Below, in pieces: positions 1-8,391 of a DNA stretch of 64,000 nt; the first letter of the stretch is position 1, and every line of letters starts with the position of its first letter. Source of the DNA: a virus; IMG/VR virus record IMGVR_UViG_3300022752_000037, positions 1 to 64,000 of that record; one strand, written 5' to 3'. The notes below the pieces were generated by a model, which was not told the DNA's origin, searched no databases, and saw nothing but the letters and a program-made list of their open reading frames with translations. Position numbers and translations under genes: made by a program.

Positions 1-56
1 AAATGGATTGAGAAAACTTGGCAGGAGTGCCAAGAGTCTGCTTGGAAGGAGCAGGT

Positions 57-233
57 ATGAAATCCATATACAAAGGTGCTGAATACTTTGTGATCAGCAC
101 CCTGGGTGACATGATCGAACTGGCACCCACAGCACACGGTGCAGGGTCTTTTATTGTTCATAAGGACTTTGTCATTGAGTGGGATCCCACTGACACAACC
201 TACGAGCAAGAAGCAGGTAGCCGCTACAGATAA
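57..233 (+). CDS. small early hypothetical protein
   Basis: The track ORF is 18..233; the likely start is ATG at 57, after RBS AAGGAGC (46-52). Confidence 0.6.
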   Translation: MKSIYKGAEYFVISTLGDMIELAPTAHGAGSFIVHKDFVIEWDPTDTTYEQEAGSRYR

Positions 234-255
234 AGTGTGGCAAGAACGCAACAGG

Positions 256-284
256 TTGACAAGGCCCGATCTTTTTGCTATTAT
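256..284 (+). promoter_or_regulatory. sigma70-type early promoter with extended -10
   Basis: TTGACA (256-261), 17-bp spacer, TG-C-TATTAT (-10 at 279-284). Confidence 0.8.
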
Positions 285-314
285 ACGACTATGATGAACA
301 CAACGGAGCACAAG

Positions 315-485
315 ATGGAACAAGGCTTTTTGATAGCAGAGATCATAGACATACTGGACCGTTTGGACCGTTATGACCACGTGTTTGCCGCTAAGATGAT
401 CCAGCAGTATGACCACACGGGCCGCTTGAGCCCTAAGCAGGTCGCAGTCTTGGAGCACATAGTGGCCAAAGCCTGTTTTGCATAA
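315..485 (+). CDS. small early hypothetical protein
   Basis: ATG at 315 is in frame with track ORF 237..485, follows RBS GGAGC (305-309) and lies downstream of the promoter. Confidence 0.65.
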   Translation: MEQGFLIAEIIDILDRLDRYDHVFAAKMIQQYDHTGRLSPKQVAVLEHIVAKACFA

Positions 486-495
486 AAGCCACAGG

Positions 496-524
496 TTGAC
501 AGACCACAATCTTCGTGCTATACT
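496..524 (+). promoter_or_regulatory. sigma70-type early promoter with extended -10
   Basis: TTGACA (496-501), 17-bp spacer, TG-C-TATACT (519-524); same ACAGGTTGACA context as the promoter at 256. Confidence 0.8.
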
Positions 525-554
525 ACACAGACACTAGCAAACAAGGAGCGTGAA

Positions 555-761
555 ATGGGTTACAAGGTATTGGGCCGCTACGAAGATGTCATGCAGGGAT
601 TCACTGCTCGCAAGGGCTTAGAAGGCCCATTCAATTTTAACGGTCGCATACTCTACTACGATGCAAAAGAGGGTAAGTATTATGACCCGCGCAGTGACTT
701 CTATGTCAGTCATAGCGAATACTTTGAGATTGTGGGTTTTATGTCAGGAGCGAAACAATGA
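555..761 (+). CDS. small early hypothetical phage protein
   Basis: 68-aa ORF with RBS AAGGAGCG; Tyr-rich motif LYYDAKEGKYYDP. Confidence 0.75.
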   Translation: MGYKVLGRYEDVMQGFTARKGLEGPFNFNGRILYYDAKEGKYYDPRSDFYVSHSEYFEIVGFMSGAKQ

Positions 762-970
762 TTGAAATACAAGGTTTGACCAAGAACCAAAGAATTATAG
801 CAGACTTCCTCTACCATCGGTGTGACACTCAACGTGATGTTGAAGCCGTGCTTGAGCACTATGGTAGGGATGCTCGTACAGTCTATGAGCTATTGACTGC
901 GGCTACTCTAGACCAGTATATGGCTACAGATTTGGCTGAAGAACTTATTGACTACATCAAATCTCGATAG
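758..970 (+). CDS. small early hypothetical protein
   Basis: 70-aa ORF with ATGA overlap and RBS AGGAGCGAA (746-754). Confidence 0.75.
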   Translation: MIEIQGLTKNQRIIADFLYHRCDTQRDVEAVLEHYGRDARTVYELLTAATLDQYMATDLAEELIDYIKSR

Positions 971-976
971 TATAAT
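948..976 (+). promoter_or_regulatory. sigma70-type promoter
   Basis: TTGACT (948-953), 17-bp spacer, TATAAT (971-976). Confidence 0.75.
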
Positions 977-1003
977 ACAGACATTAATTACACGGAGCGA
1001 ACG

Positions 1004-1879
1004 ATGACCAAGGCATACAAAGTACTAAGCTTAGACACTGTAAAAGGCAGTGTGGCCACACTGGCACAAGATCCTGTGGTCAAAGACCTACGCAATGAGA
1101 CTGATGAGGACATACTGACTCGTCTGCGCGAACGCTTTGAAATCTTAGACGACATGACTCGTGCTGTAAAGAAAGGCGATGTAAGGGCTATGATTGTCAC
1201 TGGCCCTCCAGGTGTGGGCAAGAGCTACGGTGTGGAAAAGGTATTGAGCAAGCATGACGTTTTTGCCAATGTAGCACAAAATGAAAAGCTTAAGAAGTAT
1301 GAAGTAGTCAAAGGTGCTATGAGTGCTTTGGGTCTCTACTCCAAGCTCTATGAGTTCCGCGCCAAGAAGAACATTCTAGTGTTTGATGACTGCGACAGTG
1401 TGCTCTTAGATGATCTTAGCTTGAACATCTTAAAGGCAGCACTGGACACGTCAAAGAAAAGAACTATACATTGGAACACGGACAGTCGTCTGCTTAAGAA
1501 CGAAGGCGTGCCCAACAAGTTTGACTTTGAAGGTGGTGCAATTTTTATAACCAACATTAAGTTTGACAACGTTAGGTCTAAGAAGCTGCGTGATCACTTG
1601 GAAGCATTGGAGTCACGCTGCCACTACTTGGACTTGACCATTGACACAGAGCGTGAGAAGATGTTGCGTATTAGGCAGGTAGTGCAGGAGTGTGGCATGT
1701 TAGATAGCTATGAGTTTGATGATGTAGCCAAGGACACACTGTTGGACTTTGTAGATGACAACAAGAAGAAGCTGCGCGAGCTTAGTCTAAGGACTGTGCT
1801 TAAAATAGCAGACTTGAAACGTAGCATGCCTAGCAACTGGCGTGCTGTAGCAGAGGTTACGTGTATGCGCCGCTCCTAA
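1004..1879 (+). CDS. P-loop NTPase (AAA+-like)
   Basis: Walker A GPPGVGKS, Walker B ILVFDDCD, FITN sensor-like and SRC Arg-finger-like motifs; RBS GGAGCGAA. Confidence 0.8.
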   Translation: MTKAYKVLSLDTVKGSVATLAQDPVVKDLRNETDEDILTRLRERFEILDDMTRAVKKGDVRAMIVTGPPGVGKSYGVEKVLSKHDVFANVAQNEKLKKYEVVKGAMSALGLYSKLYEFRAKKNILVFDDCDSVLLDDLSLNILKAALDTSKKRTIHWNTDSRLLKNEGVPNKFDFEGGAIFITNIKFDNVRSKKLRDHLEALESRCHYLDLTIDTEREKMLRIRQVVQECGMLDSYEFDDVAKDTLLDFVDDNKKKLRELSLRTVLKIADLKRSMPSNWRAVAEVTCMRRS

Positions 1880-1897
1880 GGCACACAGACTAGATGC

Positions 1898-1990
1898 AGG
1901 CCGATTCGCTCCCGGCCGTGTATTTAGCAACCTCTGCATATAAAACATCGCAATGATGTTTTGGATCCTCGAGGCCGATTCGCTCCCGGC
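1898..1990 (+). repeat. 19-bp direct repeat AGGCCGATTCGCTCCCGGC (1898-1916 and 1972-1990)
   Basis: Exact duplication read directly from the sequence. Confidence 0.95.
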
Positions 1991-2009
1991 TGTCGAGGAT
2001 TTTTTTTTT
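1963..2009 (+). terminator. intrinsic terminator closing the early region
   Basis: Stem ATCCTCGA...TCGAGGAT followed by a T-run (2000-2009). Confidence 0.8.
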
Positions 2010-2202
2010 CATTACGGTGATGAGATAATTTTAGATAACGGTCCGAGGTGGGTCGGGATATAATTATAATTTTATATTTTTTATAGCGCAACGCTAACGC
2101 CCATAGGTGCAAAATCACCACCATGTGAGAAAAATACCCTACTTTAAAAATTTTCGTGACGCAGATTTTTTTCCATGCAGGACCCTTTCGGGCACGTTAC
2201 TG

Positions 2203-2739
2203 TTATTTTACCATTGACTGATCGTAGTTAATGATTGGAGCAGGTTCTTGTGCGTCAATTCCAGCTAGTCTACGCAGATCTTGAAGACTCTTTCCACTAG
2301 CTAGGTTTTGACCCATGTTATAGCCTTTGACCATTTTTCCCGCATGACCACCTAGACTCTGCACTGCCTGTAGGGGATCGTTCTGACTCAGTGCATGAGC
2401 AACATTAACGCCTTTAGCCAAAGTAGCTACATTTCCACCTACCACACTGGCCACACTGTTTAGAGCCTGTTTATAGTCACCCTGTTCCAGTGCGTCTATA
2501 GCTCGAGCCACTGCTTTTACCATGCGTGTTTGTGGTATGAGATCTGTCACACGATCTATAATGGGATGTTCTTTCATCCAAGTTGTCAGCTTGTTCACTA
2601 GACTCTGTGCTGTTTCTTGTTTGGAATCTATAGTGCCTATAAGCTGTTCAATTTCGTCAATATCTTGTGGTGTGGGTTGGGATTCAGGAGCAGATATTTG
2701 ACTGGGTGGTAGTCTATCGGTAACTTCTCGTATCAGCAT
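2203..2739 (-). CDS. hypothetical, probable internal head/virion protein
   Basis: 178 aa, N-terminus MLIREV, LRRLAGI motif, TAAATA box at 2746-2751. Confidence 0.6.
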   Translation of the reverse strand: MLIREVTDRLPPSQISAPESQPTPQDIDEIEQLIGTIDSKQETAQSLVNKLTTWMKEHPIIDRVTDLIPQTRMVKAVARAIDALEQGDYKQALNSVASVVGGNVATLAKGVNVAHALSQNDPLQAVQSLGGHAGKMVKGYNMGQNLASGKSLQDLRRLAGIDAQEPAPIINYDQSMVK

Positions 2740-2748
2740 GATGTATAT

Positions 2749-3180
2749 TTAGTCTGCCCACATACTGCGAAAGTCGCCATAGTGTCTTATAGCCGTGTAA
2801 GCAGTTTCAGCCAGAAATTCAAAATGATTTCTCATAGCCTCCAGTACTGGACTAGGCACTGAACTAGTTCTAATAACATAGTCATAGCAGCTCTGTCCCA
2901 AGTCTGTGTAGTAACGTTCCGTTAGGCCTCGACGTTTACCCAGTTCAGGAAATACAGCACGAGTAAACCAACATACATTAGCAAAGGACAAGGCTTGTCC
3001 TACGGTTTGTATTCTCATGTAATGTTCTGCATAGCTAGGTCCAGGTTGCCAATCAGGTTTTTTCAGTCGATCACCAAAGATTTCAGCTTCATATTTCACT
3101 ATGTATTGAGGTATAGCCCATCCATGCAGTTCGTTAGTGTCTGTGAGTAATTGTCTAAAGATTTCGGTATGAGCTCTCAT
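2749..3180 (-). CDS. hypothetical protein
   Basis: 143-aa ORF with RBS AAGGAG and TAAATA box at 3203-3208. Confidence 0.7.
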   Translation of the reverse strand: MRAHTEIFRQLLTDTNELHGWAIPQYIVKYEAEIFGDRLKKPDWQPGPSYAEHYMRIQTVGQALSFANVCWFTRAVFPELGKRRGLTERYYTDLGQSCYDYVIRTSSVPSPVLEAMRNHFEFLAETAYTAIRHYGDFRSMWAD

Positions 3181-3208
3181 AGATTACTCCTTTATTACAG
3201 TATATTTA

Positions 3209-4603
3209 TTAGGTCATGTTGTTCAGTAGCTGTCTTAATTTTGTGCTTTCAACCTGCGCTGTGCTTCGCACAGTCGTGCCTTCTCTTGGGTCCACAGCAG
3301 CAGTTCTTTGTAGGTTGTTCAGTATGGAGCCAGCACGACTCTGTGTGTTCTCATCTGTCTGTGCATCTTCGCCTGGGTCTGTGATTCTCAATGTATCCAC
3401 GTTGAACTCAAGATCAATCTTCTGTCCCACACCGCTTGAACTACGTGTTTTCATCAGCTGTATTTGGTATCGTCCACGTTCACGCATAGCTCTTGATGTA
3501 AAGATGCCAAAAACGTTGTCCGCAGTCTGTATCTTGCTTAGTCCGCCACTGATATGGCTATGATCAAATTCCACTTCTTCCACTGCGCCGCGATTAAGCT
3601 GACTGGCCGTTACCAGTATGCAGTTCTTTTCCACAGCTAGGTTTCTAAGCTCTTCGCTCACATACTTGTCTTTAACAAACAAATTCTCCGCACTGATTCT
3701 CTTACTGATTGGCATCAATAAGTCCAAGTAGTCTACCAGTAGCACATCTACTCTGCGAGCTAGCTTGATTTCATATTCTTTTAGATAGCTGCGTATGTCA
3801 TTAGCAGTCTTACCCGATGGCATGTATTTGACCTGATAAGTTCCGGACTTCTTACCAATTACTCGTACACGCATTTCAACTTCGTCGATCTGTCGAAAAA
3901 TGTCTCTACTGGCTATTTCAGTAACCATACTGTCCACACGCATACTCACAAGTTCTTCGCTCAGTTCCAATGTAAGATAAACTACATTTAAACCTTGCAG
4001 TGCCCAGTTTACACCGAGATTGGCCAGGAACAAGCTCTTACCCGCACCCGATCCTCCTGCAAAGATGTTCAGTTCTCCCTTGTTCATACCTCCGAACAGT
4101 CTCTTGTCCACAGTAGTCCAGCCTGTGCTAATCTGTCCGTTTTTGTCTTTAATACGCAGTAGCCTAGCACGAGGGTCAGCAAAGTAGTCTGTGCCCATGT
4201 CTTTGGTCAGACCCACTTGTACAGCCTGCTTGACTAGATCTTCCACTGGACCATATTCTCCCTTTTCCAGTAGGTCTGCACTCTTTAGAATAGCACGTTC
4301 TAGACCTTTATGCCTAATGAATGTTTCAAAGTCCTGTAGCAGCCAATCATAGTGTTCTTCTCTCAGTTCGCCAGGGTTTGAAAATTTATTCACTGTGGCT
4401 GCATTAACGATGTCAAAGGTAGGTAGTATGTTATGTTCTACCACATAGTCGTTTATGAACCTAGCTGCTGATTGTAGTCGTCGATCAAACAGTTCCGGAT
4501 CAAAAATGCTTTGGCAGCGTACAAAAGTCTCTGCATCAGTCAGCATCATTTCGATGTATAATTTCTGTATGTCATAGCCGTAGTCTGCGTTTTGTTTTGT
4601 CAT
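3209..4603 (-). CDS. gp41: DnaB-like replicative helicase (T4 gp41-like)
   Basis: Walker A GGSGAGKS, YLTLEL, VDYLDL, TASQLNR and KTR SF4 helicase motifs. Confidence 0.92.
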   Translation of the reverse strand: MTKQNADYGYDIQKLYIEMMLTDAETFVRCQSIFDPELFDRRLQSAARFINDYVVEHNILPTFDIVNAATVNKFSNPGELREEHYDWLLQDFETFIRHKGLERAILKSADLLEKGEYGPVEDLVKQAVQVGLTKDMGTDYFADPRARLLRIKDKNGQISTGWTTVDKRLFGGMNKGELNIFAGGSGAGKSLFLANLGVNWALQGLNVVYLTLELSEELVSMRVDSMVTEIASRDIFRQIDEVEMRVRVIGKKSGTYQVKYMPSGKTANDIRSYLKEYEIKLARRVDVLLVDYLDLLMPISKRISAENLFVKDKYVSEELRNLAVEKNCILVTASQLNRGAVEEVEFDHSHISGGLSKIQTADNVFGIFTSRAMRERGRYQIQLMKTRSSSGVGQKIDLEFNVDTLRITDPGEDAQTDENTQSRAGSILNNLQRTAAVDPREGTTVRSTAQVESTKLRQLLNNMT

Positions 4604-6054
4604 GTAAAAACCTTTGTGTTGTATTGTTTTTCAAAGCGTCGAGCATCTAGCCTATCATTTACCATAGGTTCTCCTCGAATATTAAGACTAGTATTAAGTA
4701 ACATAGGGCACCCTGTAGTATCATGCCATAATTCCAATAATCGTCTTATACGACTGCCATCCTTGGGCACCGTTTGAACTCGACTAGTTCCGTCAGCATG
4801 GATTATAGCAGGAAACAGTTCGGGATGTCTACACTTACTGGTGAACTGCATATACCTATGATGCTCGGCTCGGCCTCTTATATCAAAATGTTCTTTGGCA
4901 TATTCTTCTAACACCACGGGAGCAAATGGCCTAAACTGTTGTCTTTGTTTTATACCATTAACACGATCTTTAACATCGGGACCTCTTGGGTCGGCCAGTA
5001 GGCTACGATTACCAAATGCTCTAGGTCCATATTCGGCTGCTCCTTGTGCCACTCCACAGATTCGGTGTTGTTGTAAGTATAGAACAATATCTTCAATGGT
5101 GTCTTGTGGTTCTATCGCATAGCCTAAAAACGGTGTAGTCCATGGTATATGCTCTTTGGTCACTGCTAAGACTGATCCTACTGCTGAACCAGCATCACCA
5201 GGGTTAGGCAAGATCCAAACATCGTCAAATAGGCCAAATGCTAGACTATTAGCTGAACAATTAAGGGCGCAGCCGCCCATTAATACAAGATTCGTGCTAT
5301 TAGTAAGATGTTTTCCTAAGTATAAAATATTTTTAAATAGCTCTTCGTAGACACGTTGAGTTCCTGCTGCTATGTCATAGATATCTGCAATACCTAATTC
5401 CGGTGCCCAATCCCTACATCCTCGATGTAAGTTCTGTCGAAAAGTAAAATTTTCAAAACTTTCCACAAAGTCTGATCCGATACGCGGTGCCAATTTTCGA
5501 GCTTGACCATAAGCAGCCATGCCCATTAAAATATATTCTTCTTCATTAGGTTTGAGTCCAATACGTTGCGTCATTGCACTATACCATAGACCTATACTAT
5601 GAGGATATCGTTGGCTGTAAAGTTTTTTAAGCATTCGGCCCTTGGCCTGCCAAATAGTTATAGTTTCAAATTCGCCAATAGCGTCTATGACAATCACACA
5701 GGCTTCTTCAAATTGACTGGTATAGTAACCAGCCGCAGCATGGCTATGATGATGGTAAACTGTTTGATAAGGGCAGGTAATATTATATCGTTTAAGATAA
5801 GGAGCTACTCTATTGTCTTTAAAACCCTGTCCTGCTTGGAATTGCCGTAGTGTTTTAATCCATGGACGTTCATACCAAATAACTTTATCTGGTTCTCCGA
5901 ATTGTTTGGCATGATTAACGAGATCTAAACATAGATCGGGGTCGTTTTTTACTCTACTGAATCTTTCACTGTGACTAGCAAAGACAAGATCATGTTCTTT
6001 AAAAACAGCCAGAGCAGCATCATGGCTGTTAGCACTTATGCCCCAAGTAATCAT
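4600..6054 (-). CDS. carbamoyltransferase (NodU/CmcH/TobZ family)
   Basis: HDAA, ERFSR, HHHSHAA, DAIGE, GGCALN, GPRAFGNRS, RPFAP, HADGTSRVQ and LNTSLN motifs. Confidence 0.92.
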   Translation of the reverse strand: MITWGISANSHDAALAVFKEHDLVFASHSERFSRVKNDPDLCLDLVNHAKQFGEPDKVIWYERPWIKTLRQFQAGQGFKDNRVAPYLKRYNITCPYQTVYHHHSHAAAGYYTSQFEEACVIVIDAIGEFETITIWQAKGRMLKKLYSQRYPHSIGLWYSAMTQRIGLKPNEEEYILMGMAAYGQARKLAPRIGSDFVESFENFTFRQNLHRGCRDWAPELGIADIYDIAAGTQRVYEELFKNILYLGKHLTNSTNLVLMGGCALNCSANSLAFGLFDDVWILPNPGDAGSAVGSVLAVTKEHIPWTTPFLGYAIEPQDTIEDIVLYLQQHRICGVAQGAAEYGPRAFGNRSLLADPRGPDVKDRVNGIKQRQQFRPFAPVVLEEYAKEHFDIRGRAEHHRYMQFTSKCRHPELFPAIIHADGTSRVQTVPKDGSRIRRLLELWHDTTGCPMLLNTSLNIRGEPMVNDRLDARRFEKQYNTKVFT

Positions 6055-6167
6055 TTATAAATGAAAGGATCCTGTTCCTGTAGTTCTTTTAGTCTACGTT
6101 CAGCTAGTTTGCGTCTTTTATATTGTTTATACGGATAGCTAATCCAATCCCAAAATTTCTTAAACAT
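6051..6167 (-). CDS. 38-aa small protein ending DPFIYK, translationally coupled to the carbamoyltransferase (not in ORF track)
   Basis: Reads MFKKFWDWISYPYKQYKRRKLAERRLKELQEQDPFIYK; RBS AAGGAG; ATGA overlap with the downstream start. Confidence 0.75.
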   Translation of the reverse strand: MFKKFWDWISYPYKQYKRRKLAERRLKELQEQDPFIYK

Positions 6168-7173
6168 TTAAATCTCCTTTCAACCACTGTTTCATATGTA
6201 GTCTTATCTTTAGTTCTGTTCTGTATGTTGACGTTAATATCATATGTAATGTTTTTAATCTTCCGTATTTAACCACTGCTTCATTTATATCTTTACAAAG
6301 TTGCCAATCAGGAAAACTCACTGTCCAATCGTGTTCAATGGCCTGTTTAATAATTTTAGGGCCTTCGTGATCCTTATCTGGAACCACAATGACTTCGCGA
6401 TCTAGTTTTTTTATTAGTTGGATCTGTTGTGGGGATAATTCGCTGCCAAGTATGGCCACACCATCAATGCTAATGGCGTCAAATGGTCCTTCACAGACTA
6501 TGACAAATTTTCGTTGATAGTTTTGATTATCAAGATTAAAAACAAAGCCAGGTTGTTGTTCACTGATATACTTGGGTTTATGATCGTAGATTCGTCTAGC
6601 TGTATATCCTACAATTTGTCCTTGATATCGAAATGGAATAATGATTCTATCTGCATAATTAGGTGACCAATAGAAGTCCCAGTCAAATGGGTCAGCAAAT
6701 CCTCTATTGACTGCGTAGTCAATGATGCTGAGATATTGAGCTCCCAGTTCTTGTTCTATTTCTCCCTGCATAATATCTGTCCAATCTTTTAGAGTCATAG
6801 ATAATTGAGGTAATTCTCTAGAGGAAAATTGTGGAATACTAGTTGTATAGGTATTTTTTTTTAATTCATCTTTTAGTTTAAGACTTTCCAATGAGCATTT
6901 ACTGATCAGATCATCTGACACATTGAGCCAATGTAAGAATTTTTTAAATTTGCTAGTTAGAGGTCTGCCTGGTTGCCAACTTGTTTTAAACTGACAGTTA
7001 AAGCAATGGTAGCTTACACTGTCTGCGTTAAATATAACGCCACCACGTTGTCTAGTATCTTGGCCAGTACCATTATGGTGACAGCACACCGCGTTGAAAC
7101 TGTGCCATCCACTGGGTGTACTTTTATGTCTATAAGGTATATGTTGTCTTACAGTGTCTATGATTAGGCTCAT
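6160..7173 (-). CDS. gp61: DNA primase (T4 gp61-like)
   Basis: Zn-binding Cys motifs (CC..., CFNC), RIIIPF, and TOPRIM motifs CEGPFDA, DKD and KDINE. Confidence 0.88.
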   Translation of the reverse strand: MSLIIDTVRQHIPYRHKSTPSGWHSFNAVCCHHNGTGQDTRQRGGVIFNADSVSYHCFNCQFKTSWQPGRPLTSKFKKFLHWLNVSDDLISKCSLESLKLKDELKKNTYTTSIPQFSSRELPQLSMTLKDWTDIMQGEIEQELGAQYLSIIDYAVNRGFADPFDWDFYWSPNYADRIIIPFRYQGQIVGYTARRIYDHKPKYISEQQPGFVFNLDNQNYQRKFVIVCEGPFDAISIDGVAILGSELSPQQIQLIKKLDREVIVVPDKDHEGPKIIKQAIEHDWTVSFPDWQLCKDINEAVVKYGRLKTLHMILTSTYRTELKIRLHMKQWLKGDLNV

Positions 7174-7178
7174 AGTAC

Positions 7179-7207
7179 ATTTTAACGTCTCAAGTTAATT
7201 TTGTCTA
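7179..7207 (-). promoter_or_regulatory. sigma70-type promoter of the primase operon (probably leaderless)
   Basis: Minus strand TAGACA-17 bp-TAAAAT, ending 5 nt before the ATG. Confidence 0.55.
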
Positions 7208-7988
7208 TCTTTCCATTAGTCAAAGGCGCCAAGACATATTGAACTCTAGCATAGATTGTACGAGTAGAATAGTAAGGGTTACCATAGTTTTTTGTCAGTG
7301 TAGTTGTAGTATTGGCCACATTAAATGTTTCAGCGGTAGTCCAAACTGTTTCATTATGTATAACTGAATCCTGTGTGAACTGTACAGTAATAGTGCCTTC
7401 AAAGTTATTGAAATAAAAATCCAAAATAACATTAGGATTTGACACAAGGTCATTAAGAGGATTTACCAATGCTGCTTCGCTGTAGTAGCGTTTTACAGCA
7501 GGACTCACGCTGTCATCATAGAGATAGTTAAAGGTATCTATTATTAGTTCTTTTTGAGCTACGGGAACACTATCTTCTATTAGGTCGAGATGTCCTCCCA
7601 ATCCAAATTGTGTATCACCATAAAGTGGGCTACGACTGCTATCATTATTCTGTATATACACACTAAATTTTAAGAATTGTGGTTTCAGTTGTTCAAATGC
7701 GCTGGCAGGAATAGACACTGTAGCTAGACCTGGTGTAGAACTATGAGCAGCAGTGGTCAAATAAACTTCTTGATTATGTTGATCCAGTACACTAAACTTA
7801 ATTGTTTTATCACTGACATTGATTCGTTTTTGTTCGTTATTCTTGATGTCCAGTAAAAGATCGTTACGAAATCCTTTATAGACTTTAAATCTTCGTTGAT
7901 ACACGGTCCTATACTCCGTTGAATGTACAGCCAAATCAGTAGTTAATTCAATTCTGTTTGGATATAAATAATTTGAAATTTTTTGCAT
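7182..7988 (-). CDS. hypothetical, probable virion protein
   Basis: 268 aa, beta-rich; TATAAATA box at 8007-8014. Confidence 0.6.
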   Translation of the reverse strand: MQKISNYLYPNRIELTTDLAVHSTEYRTVYQRRFKVYKGFRNDLLLDIKNNEQKRINVSDKTIKFSVLDQHNQEVYLTTAAHSSTPGLATVSIPASAFEQLKPQFLKFSVYIQNNDSSRSPLYGDTQFGLGGHLDLIEDSVPVAQKELIIDTFNYLYDDSVSPAVKRYYSEAALVNPLNDLVSNPNVILDFYFNNFEGTITVQFTQDSVIHNETVWTTAETFNVANTTTTLTKNYGNPYYSTRTIYARVQYVLAPLTNGKIDKINLRR

Positions 7989-8013
7989 TGGTGATTCGCC
8001 TTAAAGTATTTAT

Positions 8014-8391
8014 ATGGTTAAATTAAGACAAAACATAACAGACCAGCTACCTTTTATATCAGTTTTAAATTATGGAGATGAAGAATACGTTGGTATAATA
8101 ATTAATCAAGATCAATTTGTCACATGTTTTTTTGATCTTTCTATGCTACGTAGTCCCGAAGAAAAAAGTAATCTATTAGAAATAGGTGAGATATGGTGGT
8201 GGGAAAGTAATCGTCAAATACCTATAAGTATATTTTGTCGTAAAGAAGTGGAACCCTTTAAGTATGCCATTAAAACTTTCAATAGTAAAGATGTACGAGT
8301 TATACTAGGACCCACGGTCAATCTTATGAACATGACTCTCAAACGAGTAAAACGTCGTCAAGTTCAATTAATAAGAGCCATAAAAAAGTAA
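8014..8391 (+). CDS. hypothetical phage protein (WWWESNR motif)
   Basis: 125-aa ORF with TATAAATA at 7963-7970 upstream. Confidence 0.7.
   Translation: MVKLRQNITDQLPFISVLNYGDEEYVGIIINQDQFVTCFFDLSMLRSPEEKSNLLEIGEIWWWESNRQIPISIFCRKEVEPFKYAIKTFNSKDVRVILGPTVNLMNMTLKRVKRRQVQLIRAIKK

Larger units (their letters stand above)
1890..2009 (+). ncRNA. candidate structured sRNA / 3'UTR RNA with two anti-SD loops
   Basis: Hairpins at 1890-1927, 1942-1962 and 1965-2000; the first and third share the loop ATTCGCTCC. G-U pairs and the downstream T-run favour the plus strand. Confidence 0.6.

Noticed and set aside
1898-1990. 19-bp repeat as a mini-CRISPR array
   Set aside because: Only two copies, each embedded in a larger hairpin; no cas genes; the intervening sequence is itself structured.
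1890-2000. Minus-strand reading as a CsrA/RsmA sponge (GGA loops)
   Set aside because: Disfavoured but not excluded: three G-U pairs become A-C mismatches on the minus strand and the U-tail is on the plus strand. A minus-strand TAAATA at 1921-1926 is noted.
1924-2124. 66-aa minus-strand ORF across the junction
   Set aside because: It overlaps the hairpin/terminator and low-complexity DNA and has no RBS; the RNA structure explains the sequence better.
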